A DNA stretch of 64,000 bases from an uncultured Planctomycetales bacterium (GCA_964572155.1 CAZNDZ010000002.1:83089-147088), one strand, 5' to 3'; positions 17,990-26,688 are shown, counted from the first letter of the stretch. Made by a program: numbers and translations. Notes: generated by a model from the sequence alone, not told the origin.

Positions 17990-19301
17990 TCTTTCCCGTC
18001 ACTGCTTCTGAAATTAACGCAGTGCGGTATTCGTTCAACAGCTCGATAGACCTCTGTTCTAGAACAATCTGCGCATCGATCTGAACAGTTTTTTTATCTA
18101 AAAAAGATGCTATAGCTTCTTGTTCTTTTTTGGGTGGAATTAAACATATAGAATTGCTTAAAGCATAATTGCTCAATCCATATCTTGTAACGCCAGACGC
18201 TTCAATTCTAAACTGATAATTAATACAATCTGCAGACAAGACCCAGAACAGATATTTTCCTTGGATCAATTGTTCTTTGGGGCGCACTTGAGCCAGATGA
18301 TAGCCACATATTAAATTTGGCTCTTCAAAGGACACATACGCAGGAATAGCAATATCGCTCCATTCTTCAGAATCTTTAGTTAGCAAAACATCCCCCACCT
18401 TTAAATGAAACTTTACAATTTCATCTGCTGAAGCTGTAGCATCCATAAAATCTAAATCTGGCGTAATTAAATCGTTATAATAAACATCAACGTAATTACA
18501 AAGTCTTACAGCTATCTCGCCTTCTTCGGATTTCTTGTTAACATTGCTAAACTGAACCTGTGCATTAAATTTCAACTTCTTAATCTCCCAATGCTTCGGA
18601 ACCTTACCTAACCATTCAATACCAGAATCTTTCATCTCAGCTTTGGGATCAATCCCTTTGGTCACTGTTTGATTAATTACTGCCGCACGCTCCTCTTTAA
18701 GAAGCTTAATCATCTGCTCCTTTTTGGTAATCAGGTCGTCAATCTGTGCAGTATTATGATCAAGAAATGCGGAAATACATCTTTGTTCACTTATATCATC
18801 CGGATACCAAATCGCTATATCTGCCAAATCTGAAGAATTAATTGCCGGATAGCTCACACCAACCGATAAGGCGCATATTCGATCAATGATCTTCTCGCTA
18901 CGTAAAATATAATAAATAAATTTTGGTTCAAGCTTTGATCCAGGAGTCACCACAGCAAAACCGGTTGAGACGATAAAATCATTCACGTCCTCTTCGAAAT
19001 GAGCAATGGCTTTTAAATAAGTTCTGACTGTGGAAACAATTGAATCACCTTTTCTTACAATTCTTCTAGCTCGAGAAGGCGCGTTTAGAAAATTAACTTT
19101 CTCCGTAATGCTATAACCCTTCTCAAGATCAACATTTCCTATGTCAATATAGTTAAACTCGTAGCTTCCATCAGTTTCCTCGCCCAAAGCAAGTTGATTG
19201 ACGCGTGAAACATATTTAATCTTTTTTATCTTCCAAATTTCAGGAATATTCCCAATCCATTTAATCCCTGAATCTTTATATGCTGGATAATACTTAAACA
19301 T
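17952..19301 (-). CDS. hsdS: Type I R-M specificity subunit HsdS (two target-recognition domains)
   Basis: 449 aa with duplicated TRD architecture and conserved HsdS repeat regions (e.g. the conserved spacer helix LLKEERAAVINQTVTKGIDP). Confidence 0.8.
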   Translation of the reverse strand: MFKYYPAYKDSGIKWIGNIPEIWKIKKIKYVSRVNQLALGEETDGSYEFNYIDIGNVDLEKGYSITEKVNFLNAPSRARRIVRKGDSIVSTVRTYLKAIAHFEEDVNDFIVSTGFAVVTPGSKLEPKFIYYILRSEKIIDRICALSVGVSYPAINSSDLADIAIWYPDDISEQRCISAFLDHNTAQIDDLITKKEQMIKLLKEERAAVINQTVTKGIDPKAEMKDSGIEWLGKVPKHWEIKKLKFNAQVQFSNVNKKSEEGEIAVRLCNYVDVYYNDLITPDLDFMDATASADEIVKFHLKVGDVLLTKDSEEWSDIAIPAYVSFEEPNLICGYHLAQVRPKEQLIQGKYLFWVLSADCINYQFRIEASGVTRYGLSNYALSNSICLIPPKKEQEAIASFLDKKTVQIDAQIVLEQRSIELLNEYRTALISEAVTGKIDVRFEKEIVNG

Positions 19302-20235
19302 AAGCTAGTCCCAGATCAGATGTATCCTTCTTAAATGGCTTTTGCTGATGAATCAAAACATGCCCATTTTCTAATGGAATTTTAATCTTCCTTAGCTCAA
19401 CGCGCCAATCCTGATATTCCTTAACAATATTCTCGACCCCAGCATGTTCATTAAAAATAACCTTATCTTCAGCAGACTGAACCATCAATCGGTTAAGCAT
19501 TTCAACGCCTTGCGGTTTTATTGCTCCCACACTGTCACTTTGGCGCGGCTCTGTGTCATGTAAAGGATGAATAATTATTGCTAAACGTGGAGTTATGGGG
19601 CAATACAAATCACATTGATTAGCGTTCCAATATTGCAAACAAACTGGATTATCGCTAGTCAAAAATTGAACAGGTGTTTCATTCTTAAATACAATCCATG
19701 GCGATGTAGCTAGGAGATTTTGAACGCCAATCAAAGCATTAATCCCCAATGCCTGTGGAAATGCTTGCTTGATGAGAGCCTTGGTTCCTCCATGCTTACG
19801 AATTGTTTCTATTGCTTCACGATGCTTTGAATTAGGATCTGATAATTCTTTCTCTTCCAATTTATCATACAAATGCTGAACAATATGCGAAAGGCCACCA
19901 ACACCCAACCTCACAGCCGTTGGAGTGCAGGCTCTTAGATAAGCAAGGTACCCAGCTATTAAATGCTTTGTTGTTGCGTCATATATATTCGTAGAAATGC
20001 TATTAACACAATCAGTCCATTTAGGTTCGACGATCTTAAGAAAATCCTCAACAGCTCTTGGATTATCTGGAAAATATTCGTTTGAACTCCAGTCCACTTC
20101 ATAACAGATTGACTTTATTGGAATAGCATTTTGTCGACTTAAGTTGCTTTTTCGAAAAACATTAATAAAATCAGGGTTGCTAGTCAGTCCAAATCCCCTC
20201 AAATATGTTTGAGCGACATAATGATCTTTAGCCAT
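19294..20235 (-). CDS. DUF4238 family protein
   Basis: N-terminal HYVAQTYLRGF matches the DUF4238 signature (HYVPQFYLxxF). The gene sits between hsdM and hsdS. Confidence 0.6.
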   Translation of the reverse strand: MAKDHYVAQTYLRGFGLTSNPDFINVFRKSNLSRQNAIPIKSICYEVDWSSNEYFPDNPRAVEDFLKIVEPKWTDCVNSISTNIYDATTKHLIAGYLAYLRACTPTAVRLGVGGLSHIVQHLYDKLEEKELSDPNSKHREAIETIRKHGGTKALIKQAFPQALGINALIGVQNLLATSPWIVFKNETPVQFLTSDNPVCLQYWNANQCDLYCPITPRLAIIIHPLHDTEPRQSDSVGAIKPQGVEMLNRLMVQSAEDKVIFNEHAGVENIVKEYQDWRVELRKIKIPLENGHVLIHQQKPFKKDTSDLGLAYV

Positions 20236-20833
20236 TTAGAACCTCTGAATTCATCTTCCCGATCCAAGCATGTAACGCGTGTTTTATTTCGTCGGTAGTC
20301 ATACCTTTCATTCGAAATATTTCTTCAATTATATCCTCTGCAACAGTCAAGGTTTCAACCGCCACAGTTTTATCTAATTTCTCATAAGCCGAAATATCTG
20401 GCATGCCTTGAATTTGAATACCAGGTAAATTAATGGTCTGATGGGTGCTTTTAAAATGCATAAGCTTGTTCCTTAAATTCTTTAATTTCATAAACCGCTG
20501 ACCTACCCCCTCACTAAGATCAATCTCCTTATCAAAAAACCTCTTCGGCCATGTTTTAATTTTGCGGTCTAGACTCATATTTTCATCAAGATCTTTAATC
20601 GTTTGATCGCTACAACTTGAGCAGTGAGCCTCTCCAGCCAAAACCCTGAAATACATGTTAAAAAATGTTTCAACAATAGCTACGCTCATAAACACGCAGG
20701 GCAATACTTTTCGTTGAAGATTTGTATCGTCTCGCTCGACCTGAACTTCTTGCACCATTTCGCGCAAGCATCCAAAGTATTCCCAAATCATTTTATTCGG
20801 CGAACCAAAATGTGAATTAGCTGCATTATTCAC
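20228..20833 (-). CDS. Hypothetical protein, candidate HEPN-domain (RNxxxH motif)
   Basis: 201 aa, mostly helical by composition. KNLRNKLMHF contains an R-N-x3-H HEPN-type motif. The assignment is inferential. Confidence 0.4.
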   Translation of the reverse strand: MNNAANSHFGSPNKMIWEYFGCLREMVQEVQVERDDTNLQRKVLPCVFMSVAIVETFFNMYFRVLAGEAHCSSCSDQTIKDLDENMSLDRKIKTWPKRFFDKEIDLSEGVGQRFMKLKNLRNKLMHFKSTHQTINLPGIQIQGMPDISAYEKLDKTVAVETLTVAEDIIEEIFRMKGMTTDEIKHALHAWIGKMNSEVLNG

Positions 20834-22835
20834 CTAAAACTTCTCCCAATAGCCCTTCAGTTTCTTTTTCTAAAGCCAAAATATCTTTGCGTATCTCATC
20901 AAGACTACGTAATGGCTTATATTTATAGAATTCCTTCGTGAAATTGATTTCATACCCGATCTTGTCCTTGCTCCTATCCATCCACGCATCAGGCACATGA
21001 GGCATGACCTCACGCTTAAAATACTCGTCAATATTATCGGACAGCGGAACATTCTCCGCGTCGCGCAATTCCGCATCAGCTTCTGGCTTGCCTTCTTTAT
21101 CCAGACAAATCTCCGCTGTCTCATCCCTCTGGGAAAGAACCTCAAGGATGGATTTCATAACAGGCGCTTTGATCTTCAATCCAGCCTTATCAATGGCCGC
21201 ATCTATGATTGCTATAAATTTTTCTCGGTTATTATAGGTCTTGGCGCTATCCAATCCATTGAGCATTGCTTTAATCGCCTTCTGTAAAGCTTCGCCCTCC
21301 TCAATTTCCTTAATACCTTCCTTGCCCTTCTTCTTGGATTTGGCAAGATTAACAAATCCTGACTGCTGATCCAATAAGGCTATTCTTTCTGGGGATACCT
21401 GAAAACTCAATCGAAGCGGCCGCTCGACTGTCACACGGGTATAACCAAAATATTCATTGGGGAATATCTTGCAATGCTCTCCAGCTTTAAATTGTCCATA
21501 TATCTTTGTGATTGTCCCGATATGATCCTCGGCTATTTCATTACGTTTATTACCGAGGCTTCTGGCCATCTTCTTAAAGAAACCAACCCCATTGATAAGC
21601 TGAATCTTTCCTTTTCGATCTTTAGCTTTACGATTAGTAACAATCCAAATATAAGTTGAAATGCCTGTGTTATAAAAAAGCTGATCCGGCAAAGCAACAA
21701 TTGCCTCTAACATATCATTCTCAATAATCCACCTACGTATCTCACTCTCTCCGCTACCAGCTCCACCAGAAAACAAAGGCGAACCATTAAAAACAATCCC
21801 TAAACGAGCACCACCATTTTCCGGACGCATTTTGGAAATCATGTGTTGAAGAAACAAGAATGATCCATCGCTTATGCGTGGCAATCCAGCACCAAAACGC
21901 CCGGCGTTTCCTAACGTTTCATGCTCCTTCAGAATTTCACCCTCTATCTTCTTCCACTCAACACCAAAGGGAGGGTTGGAAAGCATGTAATCAAACTTCT
22001 CGTCCTTGAGCCCGTCTTGAGTAAAGGAATTACCAAACTTAATTTGATCTGGATTCTGTCCCTTAATAAGCATGTCGGAATTGCATATCGCATATGACTC
22101 TGGGTTAAGCTCTTGTCCAAAAACACGAAGGCTTGCATCAGGATTTAATTCACGCAAATATTCCTCTGCAATGGACAACATCCCACCCGTTCCGCAAGCC
22201 GGATCATAAAGCGTCTTCACAATTCCCTTTTTGGTTAATACTTCCTTGTCATTTAAGAAAAGAATATTAACCATCAGACGAATAACTTCACGCGGGGTAA
22301 AATGCTCCCCTGCCGTTTCATTGGAAAGGTCAGCAAACTTACGGATCAACTCCTCGAAAATGTAACCCATTTCAATATTGGGGACGACTTCAGGATGGAG
22401 ATCAACTTCAGCAAACCGTTTTATGATTAAGAAAAGGAGGTCGGATTTATCAAGCCGTTCAATATGATCTTCAAAATTGAAATGATCAAGAATATCCCTG
22501 GCATTTTTAGAAAAACCAGCAATGTAATTGCGGAGATTAGCGGCAATATCGCTTGGGTCAGCAACAAGCTTCTGGAAGTCAAACTTGCTTTTGTTGTAAA
22601 ATGTTAGTTTTGCCTTCTTTTTTAGAACTGTTTCAATTGCTTCAGGCGATAACCCTTTGGTCTGCGGTAAATATTCCAAGACAGTTAATTTTGTTGGCTC
22701 TAATACGCAATCCAAACGGCGCAACACCGTGAGTGGTAAAATTACCTTCCCATATTCAGATTGTTTATAGTCTCCACGAAGCAAATCCGCGATGCCCCAT
22801 ATAAAATTTGCACGGTCTTTAAAATTATTAGCCAC
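20826..22835 (-). CDS. hsdM: Type I R-M N6-adenine DNA methyltransferase HsdM (long form, 669 aa)
   Basis: HsdM N-terminal domain, AdoMet motif I (DPACGTGG) and catalytic motif NPPFG (LSNPPFGVEW). C-terminal extension present. Confidence 0.9.
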   Translation of the reverse strand: MANNFKDRANFIWGIADLLRGDYKQSEYGKVILPLTVLRRLDCVLEPTKLTVLEYLPQTKGLSPEAIETVLKKKAKLTFYNKSKFDFQKLVADPSDIAANLRNYIAGFSKNARDILDHFNFEDHIERLDKSDLLFLIIKRFAEVDLHPEVVPNIEMGYIFEELIRKFADLSNETAGEHFTPREVIRLMVNILFLNDKEVLTKKGIVKTLYDPACGTGGMLSIAEEYLRELNPDASLRVFGQELNPESYAICNSDMLIKGQNPDQIKFGNSFTQDGLKDEKFDYMLSNPPFGVEWKKIEGEILKEHETLGNAGRFGAGLPRISDGSFLFLQHMISKMRPENGGARLGIVFNGSPLFSGGAGSGESEIRRWIIENDMLEAIVALPDQLFYNTGISTYIWIVTNRKAKDRKGKIQLINGVGFFKKMARSLGNKRNEIAEDHIGTITKIYGQFKAGEHCKIFPNEYFGYTRVTVERPLRLSFQVSPERIALLDQQSGFVNLAKSKKKGKEGIKEIEEGEALQKAIKAMLNGLDSAKTYNNREKFIAIIDAAIDKAGLKIKAPVMKSILEVLSQRDETAEICLDKEGKPEADAELRDAENVPLSDNIDEYFKREVMPHVPDAWMDRSKDKIGYEINFTKEFYKYKPLRSLDEIRKDILALEKETEGLLGEVLGE

Positions 22836-22852
22836 TTATCACTCCCATTCTT

Positions 22853-23536
22853 TTAATCTTCACAAGGCGGATACTGCATCGGCGCTTCCCCAATGCTCTC
22901 CAATACTTTCGGCTTTAAATCCCCTTTGGTGTTGTTGCAAATCTCTAAAAGCTCCACATTAAACTGCCAGCCATCGCCGTAATCAAAAAGCATGATCAAC
23001 TTCTCACCTACGGTATCAAAGGCCTGTGAAATCTTGGTCTTTTTTACACCCTTGGCGCCTGGCCTGCCCTCTTCACCGATATCAACAAAAAGCTCAAAGG
23101 CCTTTCGGCAATTTCGATGATCCTTTAATTGGTCATAGAACCCAAAGCAATGATCAAACTCAAAATCAAATGCCTGCGTTATGACCTTGGCAAAATTATA
23201 AAGTGTTTTGGTTGGGACGATCTGGATCTTGCGAATAATCCTTTTCTCCTTCGTGCAATGTTCATCGCCGTAAAGCCAGACATTGAAAATATAAAGACCG
23301 GACTCGGTCGCCTTAGCTTTCTTCTTTGGAGCCGGAGCCAGATCATCGATAACCCGGGCCACCTTGTGACCGCAGGTACCGCAGAACCCTTGAAGAACCA
23401 CGACCCCGTTCAGTTCCGCGTGATAATCAACAATGGTCACCGACTTTCGGCACTCCCCGCACCAAACGTTACTCAAAAGCATACGCCGGATGTCCAAAGG
23501 AACAGTCTGCCATAGTTTTAATGCTTCATCTGCCAT
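22853..23536 (-). CDS. pRiA4b ORF-3-like protein with N-terminal CxxC...CxxC zinc ribbon
   Basis: LFDYGDGWQFNVELLEI matches the hallmark DxGDxWEH-type motif of the plasmid pRiA4b ORF-3 family. Zinc ribbon is CGEC...CGTC. The gene lies 17 bp upstream of hsdM on the same strand. Confidence 0.5.
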   Translation of the reverse strand: MADEALKLWQTVPLDIRRMLLSNVWCGECRKSVTIVDYHAELNGVVVLQGFCGTCGHKVARVIDDLAPAPKKKAKATESGLYIFNVWLYGDEHCTKEKRIIRKIQIVPTKTLYNFAKVITQAFDFEFDHCFGFYDQLKDHRNCRKAFELFVDIGEEGRPGAKGVKKTKISQAFDTVGEKLIMLFDYGDGWQFNVELLEICNNTKGDLKPKVLESIGEAPMQYPPCED

Positions 23537-23554
23537 CTTAATCCTTTGACCATT

Positions 23555-23570
23555 TCGCTCATGTGAGCGA
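23555..23570. promoter_or_regulatory. Perfect 16-bp palindrome TCGCTCA-TG-TGAGCGA between phosphoesterase and pRiA4b-like genes
   Basis: Read directly. The 2-nt spacer argues for a protein-binding operator rather than an RNA hairpin. Confidence 0.3.
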
Positions 23571-23596
23571 TATGATAATCAATATTTGGCCAATTC

Positions 23597-24220
23597 TTAT
23601 ACGTCAAGAACTACTGGTTTATTCACCAGCTTATAATCCTCATTCAAAACTGAACAGTTGATATACGTCGTATCCTTGGTTTTCTCAACACCATACCCGC
23701 CATGGATATGACCACAAATGACATAAGGAATCTTTAAACTATCAATTTTCTTGAGCAACGTCTTACTGCCTAAATGATCCCCGCCTGGACGGGCTGTGTC
23801 CTGATGGCCAAAGGCCGGGCCGTGGGTCAAAAGAATGTCTGTTTTCTTTTGAATCTTGCTCCAATGGTACCGATCAAGGTTCTCCTCTGATTCCATGAAT
23901 GCCCAATTCAAGAATATCGGCGTCATGGGTGAACCCCAGATGGTCATGCCATTGGGTAAAACATATGGCTCGTCCTTTAAGTACACCGCTTTCGTTAAAT
24001 AATTCTTAACCTGTTTTGGAAACTGCTCACAATAAAAATCATGGTTACCTGCTATCGCAATAATATGCTCAAATTTAAGACCCAATAACCAATCGTTAAA
24101 ATGAATAACATCCATCACATGACGAAACTCGCCGTCACCCGCGAAAATAAGCACATCACCTTCCGGAAGCTTTACATTGTGATGCTGTGTATGTGTGTCG
24201 GCAAAGGCAACTATTCTCAT
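23597..24220 (-). CDS. Calcineurin-like metallophosphoesterase
   Basis: MPE motifs present: AFADTH, GDGE, GNHD, THGP, GHIHGG. 207 aa. First gene of the co-directional block that continues into hsdM. Confidence 0.8.
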   Translation of the reverse strand: MRIVAFADTHTQHHNVKLPEGDVLIFAGDGEFRHVMDVIHFNDWLLGLKFEHIIAIAGNHDFYCEQFPKQVKNYLTKAVYLKDEPYVLPNGMTIWGSPMTPIFLNWAFMESEENLDRYHWSKIQKKTDILLTHGPAFGHQDTARPGGDHLGSKTLLKKIDSLKIPYVICGHIHGGYGVEKTKDTTYINCSVLNEDYKLVNKPVVLDV

Positions 24221-24342
24221 CTGTGTCCCAATGATCTGGCCAACACACTGTTGGCAAATTACTTACGAGGCACCTCATATAAAATAAAAACCTTAACTGC
24301 TAAATTGCCATATAGTTACATTAAAATCATATAATCATTCTT

Positions 24343-24370
24343 GTCACAAAAAATACATAGTTTTTGTGAC
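24343..24370. promoter_or_regulatory. 10/11-bp inverted repeat GTCACAAAAA(A)-N7-TTTTTGTGAC upstream of the phosphoesterase gene
   Basis: Read directly. It lies in the 236-bp gap between the hipT stop and the phosphoesterase start. Candidate operator for the R-M super-operon, or a hipBST terminator. Confidence 0.3.
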
Positions 24371-24456
24371 AGCGCTTAGTTCCCATCACTCCATAATTAT
24401 GTCTTTTAATGGCAACTAGGTTACTCACCAAATAACCTACGACGTCTTTTTATACA

Positions 24457-25332
24457 TCAAGCCAATTCAAGTCGCTGGAACCGTTCGATTAAAAGTTTAT
24501 CAAAATCTTGAGCAAGACCTTTAGGAAGCAAAGACTCCGCAAGTTTTGAACGAAGCATTTCTTTCTGCCCAATGAACTTCGCGAATCGAATCTTTTCTGG
24601 AATGCCTAAATACTCAGCGAGAAGGTCCATGTCCTTCCTTTTGAGCCGACTCTTTTTCCCCTTAATAGTCAATGCGGATTCGTCTGCCTCTTCTGGAATC
24701 ACAATCCTTGAGCAAACCAAATCGTAAGCAGGCGCAAGGCGTACCAATCCTTCTTCATTATAAATAACTGAATAATTCTTCATATGCGCATCACCATTAC
24801 CAATCAAGAAATTAAAAATAACGCGTTCAAAGAAAAGCTGGACGTCAAGCCCGGGAACCTCGGATGCTTCCTTTAACTTTCGGCCAATCTCCTCGACAGA
24901 GCCGTTATATTTATCTTTTTTCTCAAGGATTTGGGCAAAGTCTTCTTGATGAATCTTGCGACGCCCCTCGCGGTCAAAACGCTTGACCACATAAGCTAAA
25001 CTTTTATCTTTCAAATGCACCAGACAATGCGGTGGAACATCGATACCTAAATCTTGGGCAAACGTCATGCAAAGATCTTCATTTTCAGGCAAGTTCGCAA
25101 ATGCCTGCACCTGTGGTTTTAAAATATATTGTCCACCTTCACCGGTGACTTCTAAACGAGGCTCATTATCTTTATCAGCAAGTCGCACAGAAAGTTTTGG
25201 CTGAACGCCTGAAATAGACATTTTACCAACCATCTCTTGTGCTTTAAGAGAAACGCCAGCCAAGGTCAGATCAATAAAAGGCTCTTTATCAATGCCAAAA
25301 ACTTTACGCCATGACGCTTGTTGGTTTTTCAT
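24457..25332 (-). CDS. hipT: HipT-like Ser/Thr kinase toxin (HipA kinase core without N-subdomain)
   Basis: Gly-rich loop MSISGVQPKLSV carries the S-I-S autophosphorylation motif. Catalytic region GNGDAHMKNYSVIY is present. 291 aa. Confidence 0.8.
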   Translation of the reverse strand: MKNQQASWRKVFGIDKEPFIDLTLAGVSLKAQEMVGKMSISGVQPKLSVRLADKDNEPRLEVTGEGGQYILKPQVQAFANLPENEDLCMTFAQDLGIDVPPHCLVHLKDKSLAYVVKRFDREGRRKIHQEDFAQILEKKDKYNGSVEEIGRKLKEASEVPGLDVQLFFERVIFNFLIGNGDAHMKNYSVIYNEEGLVRLAPAYDLVCSRIVIPEEADESALTIKGKKSRLKRKDMDLLAEYLGIPEKIRFAKFIGQKEMLRSKLAESLLPKGLAQDFDKLLIERFQRLELA

Positions 25333-25673
25333 GTTGCACCACTTTCCCTCACCGTAACCGCACCAATGGTGTTTTCACCGGTCACGAGCAAAATTCCAAA
25401 ATCATCCCTACTGTCAATCTTTCTTGTTGCACAAACAATATCCCGATACCAGCCTTCAGAATTTAGGCCCGCAAAGAATGGAAAAAGTACCGCTGATTCA
25501 AAAGGCTCTGATTGTAATGGCAAGGAAAGTGATATAGATTTGCCCGTCTTTAAGAAATCAGGATCATAAGTAAATTTAAAACCCGCATCCATTTCTTCCA
25601 GAACACCAGCCAAACGCTCATGATAGAAAACATCTGCTTTGCGTTTATGATCTGCCATTACGTACCACCTCAA
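25329..25673 (-). CDS. hipS: HipS-like protein (HipA N-terminal subdomain encoded as separate gene)
   Basis: 114 aa matching the HipA N-terminal domain. Overlaps the hipT start by 4 nt and the hipB stop by 29 nt. Confidence 0.7.
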   Translation of the reverse strand: MRWYVMADHKRKADVFYHERLAGVLEEMDAGFKFTYDPDFLKTGKSISLSLPLQSEPFESAVLFPFFAGLNSEGWYRDIVCATRKIDSRDDFGILLVTGENTIGAVTVRESGAT

Positions 25674-25848
25674 GATGATGACCTAAAAATTCAAGGACCT
25701 GATTAAGTTTATCTAAGCGCACGGTAGTTTTGCCCTGCTCCAGCTCTCTGACAAAACGAAGACCAACGCCAGCACGCTTGGCAAATTCGATCTGATCGAT
25801 CCCTGCTTTTTTACGAAGCTCCTGTATTTGTTTGCCAATCATATTCAT
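25645..25848 (-). CDS. hipB: HipB-like XRE-family HTH regulator
   Basis: 67 aa with HTH motif IDQIEFAKRAGVGLRFVRELEQG. First gene of the hipB-hipS-hipT order. Confidence 0.7.
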   Translation of the reverse strand: MNMIGKQIQELRKKAGIDQIEFAKRAGVGLRFVRELEQGKTTVRLDKLNQVLEFLGHHLEVVRNGRS

Positions 25849-25857
25849 GCTTCAAAT

Positions 25858-25953
25858 ATACACCCTAAAGGGTATAAAATCAAGATAATTTACAATATTT
25901 TGCAGATTTATTTGGTAGGAAAACCTCAATTACACCCTATAGGGTATTATAAA
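25858..25953. promoter_or_regulatory. Two palindromic operator-like sites: ATACACCCTAAAGGGTATAAAA (25858-25879) and TACACCCTATAGGGTATTATAAA (25931-25953), upstream of hipB
   Basis: Read directly. Each holds an ACCCT-N2-AGGGT palindrome flanked by TATA-like A/T. Centres are ~72 bp apart, 10-100 bp upstream of the hipB start. Confidence 0.5.
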
Positions 25954-26088
25954 TATACTTATTTTGATGCTTAAGCTCCAGCGACCGCCCCAACAACCTC
26001 TTCCATCATGCGTCTATACCGTGGCCAATGGCCAGCCGTAGGTTTCTAAAAATATTTTTTTCATATTTCTAATATATCCAACGATTTC

Positions 26089-26688
26089 TTAACGCATCAA
26101 CTTAATTGTTTTTATAATCTTGTCTTCTAATTCGGTATTACCATCTAGAGTATAAATCTTTATATCGTAAAGATATTTCTTAGTGTAACAAGAAATAAAG
26201 TCAATAAATCCCCCACCATTTGATTTAAGGTCGTGATAAACTTGAATTCTATAAGCAGGAAGTCCATCTAAAATAAATTTTGTCTGAGTAATTAATTTAA
26301 CTTGACCACCCCTGACGAGATTTTGATAATATGCCATGTCCCTTTGATATGATTTTTCAAGCAAGACATCTTCTTTTTCGTCACTTTTATAGACTACTCC
26401 ATCTATAATAAAGCCTTGTCCTTCTTCTCTTTTATAAGCATTAATCGAGATGTTGGCACCAAGTTTGGCATTTTTTAAAAAATCAGTAACACCATTCACA
26501 CCATTAACATCTGTTATCCACCCTTCAGGCAAATCAATTGAAAATGGACTTTGGTTTCTCTCTAAATGTAAAACCTTAACACCAGAAAGACACACTTCAG
26601 AAATATATTCTTTAGCCAAAGAAATATTGAATGTTGCAAAGATTAAGAATAAATAATATAAAAAAAGTAATGGTCTATTAAAATTCAT
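26089..26688 (-). CDS. Secreted hypothetical protein (199 aa, signal peptide)
   Basis: N-terminal LLFLYYLFLIFATFNISLA signal-like segment. No known domain. Confidence 0.5.
   Translation of the reverse strand: MNFNRPLLFLYYLFLIFATFNISLAKEYISEVCLSGVKVLHLERNQSPFSIDLPEGWITDVNGVNGVTDFLKNAKLGANISINAYKREEGQGFIIDGVVYKSDEKEDVLLEKSYQRDMAYYQNLVRGGQVKLITQTKFILDGLPAYRIQVYHDLKSNGGGFIDFISCYTKKYLYDIKIYTLDGNTELEDKIIKTIKLMR

Noticed and set aside
24101-24334. 77-aa plus-strand ORF in the hipT/phosphoesterase gap
   Set aside because: It overlaps the phosphoesterase start on the opposite strand and has an AT-rich nonsense composition. The gap is better interpreted as the promoter/operator region containing the inverted repeat.
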